A stretch of DNA of 32,000 nt. Source: Candidatus Saccharimonadota bacterium. Its GTDB lineage: Bacteria; Patescibacteriota; Gracilibacteria; BD1-5; UBA6164. The notes beneath the pieces were generated by a model that searched no databases, was not told the DNA's origin, and saw nothing but the letters and a program-made list of their open reading frames with translations. The stretch spans positions 480,001 to 512,000 of the forward strand of contig OZ245768.1 in the NCBI GenBank assembly GCA_965227835.1. Direction: 5' to 3'. Both the position numbers and the translations under genes were made by a program. How positions within the stretch are numbered: the first letter of the stretch is position 1; each line of letters opens with the position of its first letter. Of the stretch, positions 28,973 to 32,000 are shown piece by piece.

Positions 28973-29012
28973 AAAAAAGAAGCTAAAACATAAAAATTTT
29001 AGCTTCTTTTTT
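28973..29012. terminator. Bidirectional terminator between convergent genes
   Basis: 16-bp stem aaaaaagaagctaaaa/ttttagcttctttttt with an 8-nt loop. The right arm overlaps the stop codon of the LRR gene (29001-28999). Confidence 0.7.
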
Positions 29013-30123
29013 TTGTCAATTTTTCTTTCATCTCTTTTCTAAACTCATCTAAGAGTCTATTTTTTATTTCTTCTCAAAAATAATGCTCTATTTCATGAAA
29101 TTTATCATCTAGTTTTTTATAAATTTCTTCTATTTTTTCATCAATTTCATTCTTGGAAGCTCAATTTTTTTGCATTAGTTTTATTTTATGACCATAGCTT
29201 AGAAAATTTTCTACAAACTGATAATAAAATATATTCGCTAGGATATTTAATTCTTTTTTAACTTTATCATCTCTTTTTGCTTTTCAAGATCAATATCTAT
29301 TTATAAACTCTTTTTTTTGATCATTTAATAATTCTTCATCTGTAATTTCATCTTCAAAAACTCAAAAACTATTTAAAAACAAAGAAATATCAATATAACT
29401 TTTAAAATTCGTTCAATCATATATGATTTCTCATCTTACTTTTATAGAATTTGTAATTATTTCTTTTAATATATTTTTTAGAGCATTCCATGATATTCAG
29501 TTTAAAGTTAAATCATTTCAAACAATATGTAACTTCGGTAAATTTTCTATAAGAGTTCATTGTAAATTTAAATCGTATCAAACATATTCTAATTTTGGTA
29601 AATCTTTTATAGAAGTTCATTGTAAGCTTAAATCAAATCAAACATTTTCTAAATTTGGTAAGATTTCTATAAAAGTTCATTGTAAAAATAAACTCAGTCA
29701 AACTTCTTTTAATTTTGGTAAATCTTCTATAGAAGTTCACTGTAAGTTTAAGTCAAATCAAACATTTTCTAAATTTGGTAAGCTTTCTATAAGAGTTCAT
29801 TGTAAATTTAAATTCATTCAAACTTCTTCCAATTTTGACAAACTTTTTACAAAAGTTCATACTAGCACTAAAGTTCATCAAACACTTTTTAAATATGATA
29901 AATCCGTTATAGGTTTATACTTTAAATTTAAATCTCATTTCCAATAAATTCAATCTAATCCTCAACCAGATTTAAATTTGCTATATTTTTCTAGTTTCTC
30001 CCAAGACATAATACCACTTGATTCCTTAAACATTCTTTCATAGTCTATAAATTGTTCAGGAGTTAGTTTCCTTTTAAGATTTTCTTTCGGAGAGAAATAA
30101 TTTTTTATCTTTTCTAAATTCAT
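28999..30123 (-). CDS. LRR-like repeat family protein, paralog 3 (about 8 repeat units)
   Basis: 374-codon ORF, checked codon by codon. The N-terminus MNLEKIKNYFSPKENLKRKL is related to paralogs 1 and 2. The centre is a tandem run of 20-aa units LPxLExVGxDLxLQGTxIEx. The C-terminal domain is shared with the paralogs (FINRYG.GK...ANIFYY.F.EN). Confidence 0.8.
29497..29940 (-). repeat. Tandem 60-bp coding repeats (about 7 units, with a 120-bp alternating super-period)
   Basis: Successive 60-nt sequence lines 29521-29880 align column for column. Units alternate between a ..caaacattttctaaatttggtaag.. type and a ..caaacttcttttaattttggtaaatc.. type. Confidence 0.9.
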
Positions 30124-30206
30124 TTTTTATGTACTATATAGATTTTATATTTAACACTATAGTTGTATAATACATATTGTCAATTACAAAAAGTAGAATT
30201 TAAAAG

Positions 30207-30238
30207 AAAACCCTCAAGTTTTAAAACTTGGGGGTTTT
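30207..30238 (-). terminator. Hairpin terminator downstream of the YtxH-like gene
   Basis: 14-bp stem aaaaccctcaagtt/aacttgggggtttt with loop ttaa. One position gives G.U on the + strand and C.A on the minus strand. Confidence 0.55.
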
Positions 30239-30328
30239 GTAAATTATTTAAAAATTTTATTTTAAAAAATTATCTAAAAAATCTTTACTTTTATAATAAC
30301 GAAATAATTTTGCCATGACTCCTTAAAT

Positions 30329-30808
30329 CTATTTAATTTTTTTTACAATTTCATCTTTTATTTGCATAGCTCAAGATAAAATCTTATCTTTCAGCTCCAA
30401 AGCTTTTTGAGGAGCTATTTCTTTTATTTCATCAATTTTATCTTTTTGCTCATCATAGATTTTATCTAATTCATCTAATCAAGCCTTAGCTGAATTTTTT
30501 CATTTATTTTCTAAATCTTTCAAAGTTTTCTCTGCTTTTTTCATATAAGCATTTGATAATTTTAAAAGTTCTTGTTTTTTGGTTTCAAATTTTTTTCTAT
30601 TCTCAGGAGTCAAAATTTCTTTTTTTAAAGATTCAAATAATTCTTTTTGAGTATCAGTAAAGTCTTGAATTAAAAAAGCAAAAACATCTCATCAATCTTT
30701 TTTTATTTTTTCAATTTTTTTCTTTTTTTTAGGATCAAGAGACGAAACAATCATAGATCAAGCTATGTATCATCAAATAAGAGCAATAGATTTTCAAAGA
30801 AATCACAT
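30329..30808 (-). CDS. YtxH-like general stress protein (N-terminal TM helix plus coiled coil)
   Basis: 159-codon ORF, checked codon by codon. Sequence MGFLGKSIALIGGYIAGSMIV, followed by a long charged helical region; stop TAG. Confidence 0.7.
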
Positions 30809-30988
30809 ACATTTGTTTATTAAGCGAATAAAATTATTTTTGTAAAAGCATTTTTATTAAGATAAAAAGCATTTTATGATAAAATCATTATATATTTTTT
30901 GAAATTTATCGCAAAATATTTTTGTCTTTTAAGACTAAATTTATAATATTGCTTTCAAAAAAATACATTAAAAAATAACAAACAAAAT

Positions 30989-32000
30989 ATGAGTTACAAA
31001 AATTTTTCTGAAAAATATAAAGAAACACTTATAAATTCTGAGATTAAAGTCAAAGAAATATGAATAAAAGATTTAAGAATAGAAGATGTATTTTTAGAAA
31101 TCGTAGCAACGGTATCATTGGCAACAAAAGATGTATTTACTCTATATTGAATAGATGAAAAATTAGTTATGGAAATAATAAATCAATGAGAATTAAACGA
31201 AAAACCAGAAAAAAGAAAATGAGTATATTCTTGAATGAACAGTGAATTAAAAAACATAATATTATCAAGTGTAAAAATTGCTGCAAACTTCAAGAAACCA
31301 AAAGCAAGTATAGAAGATTTTATATTAGCACTATTACAAAACTCCTCTTGGTTACCTAACTTTTTAGACTATATTGGAATAATTCCAAGTGATTTAGAAA
31401 CAAATATAATAGACCTAAACAAAGCATGAATATCTGATTGAGAACAAATTTGAAGCGAGGCAACTAAAAATGAAATAGACGAACTTCTTTGAAGTCTAAC
31501 ACAAAATCTATTTGAATGATTATCATCAGGAATGTCTACACCATTTGATTGAAATAAAAAAGTGGAAAACAAAAAAGATTATGAATCTGAAACACCTATA
31601 CTAGACTTTTTTTCTGAAGATCTTACACATTTAGCCCGTGAAGACAAAATAGACAAGGTAATTTGAAGAGAAGTTGAAATAAACAGATTAATAGCAATAT
31701 TAAACAGAAAAACAAAAAATAACCCTGTATTAATATGAGAACCATGAGTAGGTAAAACAGCAGTAGTAGAATGATTAGCAAGAGCAGTAGCTAACTCAAA
31801 AGTACCTTTTTCAATGAAAAACAAAAAAATACTTGCTCTTGATATAAATTCAATGGTAGCTTGAACAAAATACAGATGAGAGTTTGAAAGCAGAATAAAA
31901 CAAGTTATAGAAGAAGCCTCAAAAATAGAAAATGAAATAATACTTTTTATAGATGAAATACATACAATAATATGAGCTTGATCATGAGAATGAACACTAG
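30989..32000 (+). CDS. Clp/Hsp100 AAA+ ATPase (ClpC/ClpB type), 5' part; continues beyond the window
   Basis: N-terminal Clp_N-like repeats, then [60 protein letters not shown] (Walker A with two TGA Gly at 31736-31738 and 31745-31747) and Walker B ILFIDEIHTI. Confidence 0.9.

Noticed and set aside
1-32000. TGA read as Trp (code 4, Mycoplasma/Spiroplasma-like), suggested by the low GC content.
   Set aside because: TGA falls on invariant Gly positions of Walker A and GGGD motifs. Trp in the thioredoxin WCGPC site is TGG.
1-32000. tRNA, rRNA, tmRNA, RNase P or SRP RNA genes in the longer spacers (3430-3828, 6423-7017, 11442-12102, 13579-13905, 17344-17765).
   Set aside because: I saw no GC-rich cloverleaf-type segments and no conserved T-loop (GTTCRA) context. 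The spacers are either extremely AT-rich or consist of the repeat modules described above.

Overview
This is a very AT-rich bacterial chromosome segment that only makes sense under genetic code 25 (TGA = Gly, with TAA and TAG as the only stops). That points to a Gracilibacteria/Absconditabacteria (SR1)-type CPR genome. The supplied standard-code ORF track is therefore fragmented and partly antisense artefact. I re-read both strands by hand with TGA as sense and found about 33 tightly packed CDS.

Housekeeping genes: an ABC-F ATPase, ftsH, a PPP-family phosphoesterase, a DedA protein, aspartate kinase, a group IV PLP decarboxylase, an AstE/AspA-like deacylase, lexA, a GFA-domain protein, a TPR protein, ftsA, an orphan ABC ATPase, a GT4-like glycosyltransferase, hrcA, trxA, a full-length prepilin peptidase, a Wzx-like flippase, an RlmD-type methyltransferase, grpE, a DEDDh exonuclease, ybaB, a YtxH-like protein and a Clp/Hsp100 ATPase.

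Accessory or unusual content:
1. A paralogous family of cytoplasmic LRR-like proteins with 1, about 4 and about 8 copies of a 20-aa (60-bp) repeat.
2. Two tandem minigenes whose promoter, 5' UTR and first 23 codons are identical, followed by divergent C-termini.
3. A 150-bp segmental duplication that places the same promoter and 13-codon N-terminus on two unrelated small ORFs.
4. A family of seven short intergenic hairpins (CAACAGA-N4-CTTTAG-N4-TTTG) with compensatory stem changes, embedded in mosaic intergenic regions.
5. An iteron-like array of seven 20-bp direct repeats next to a G-free C-rich tract.
6. A 17-bp palindrome over the lexA -10 box.

I found no rRNA, tRNA, CRISPR array or transposase.
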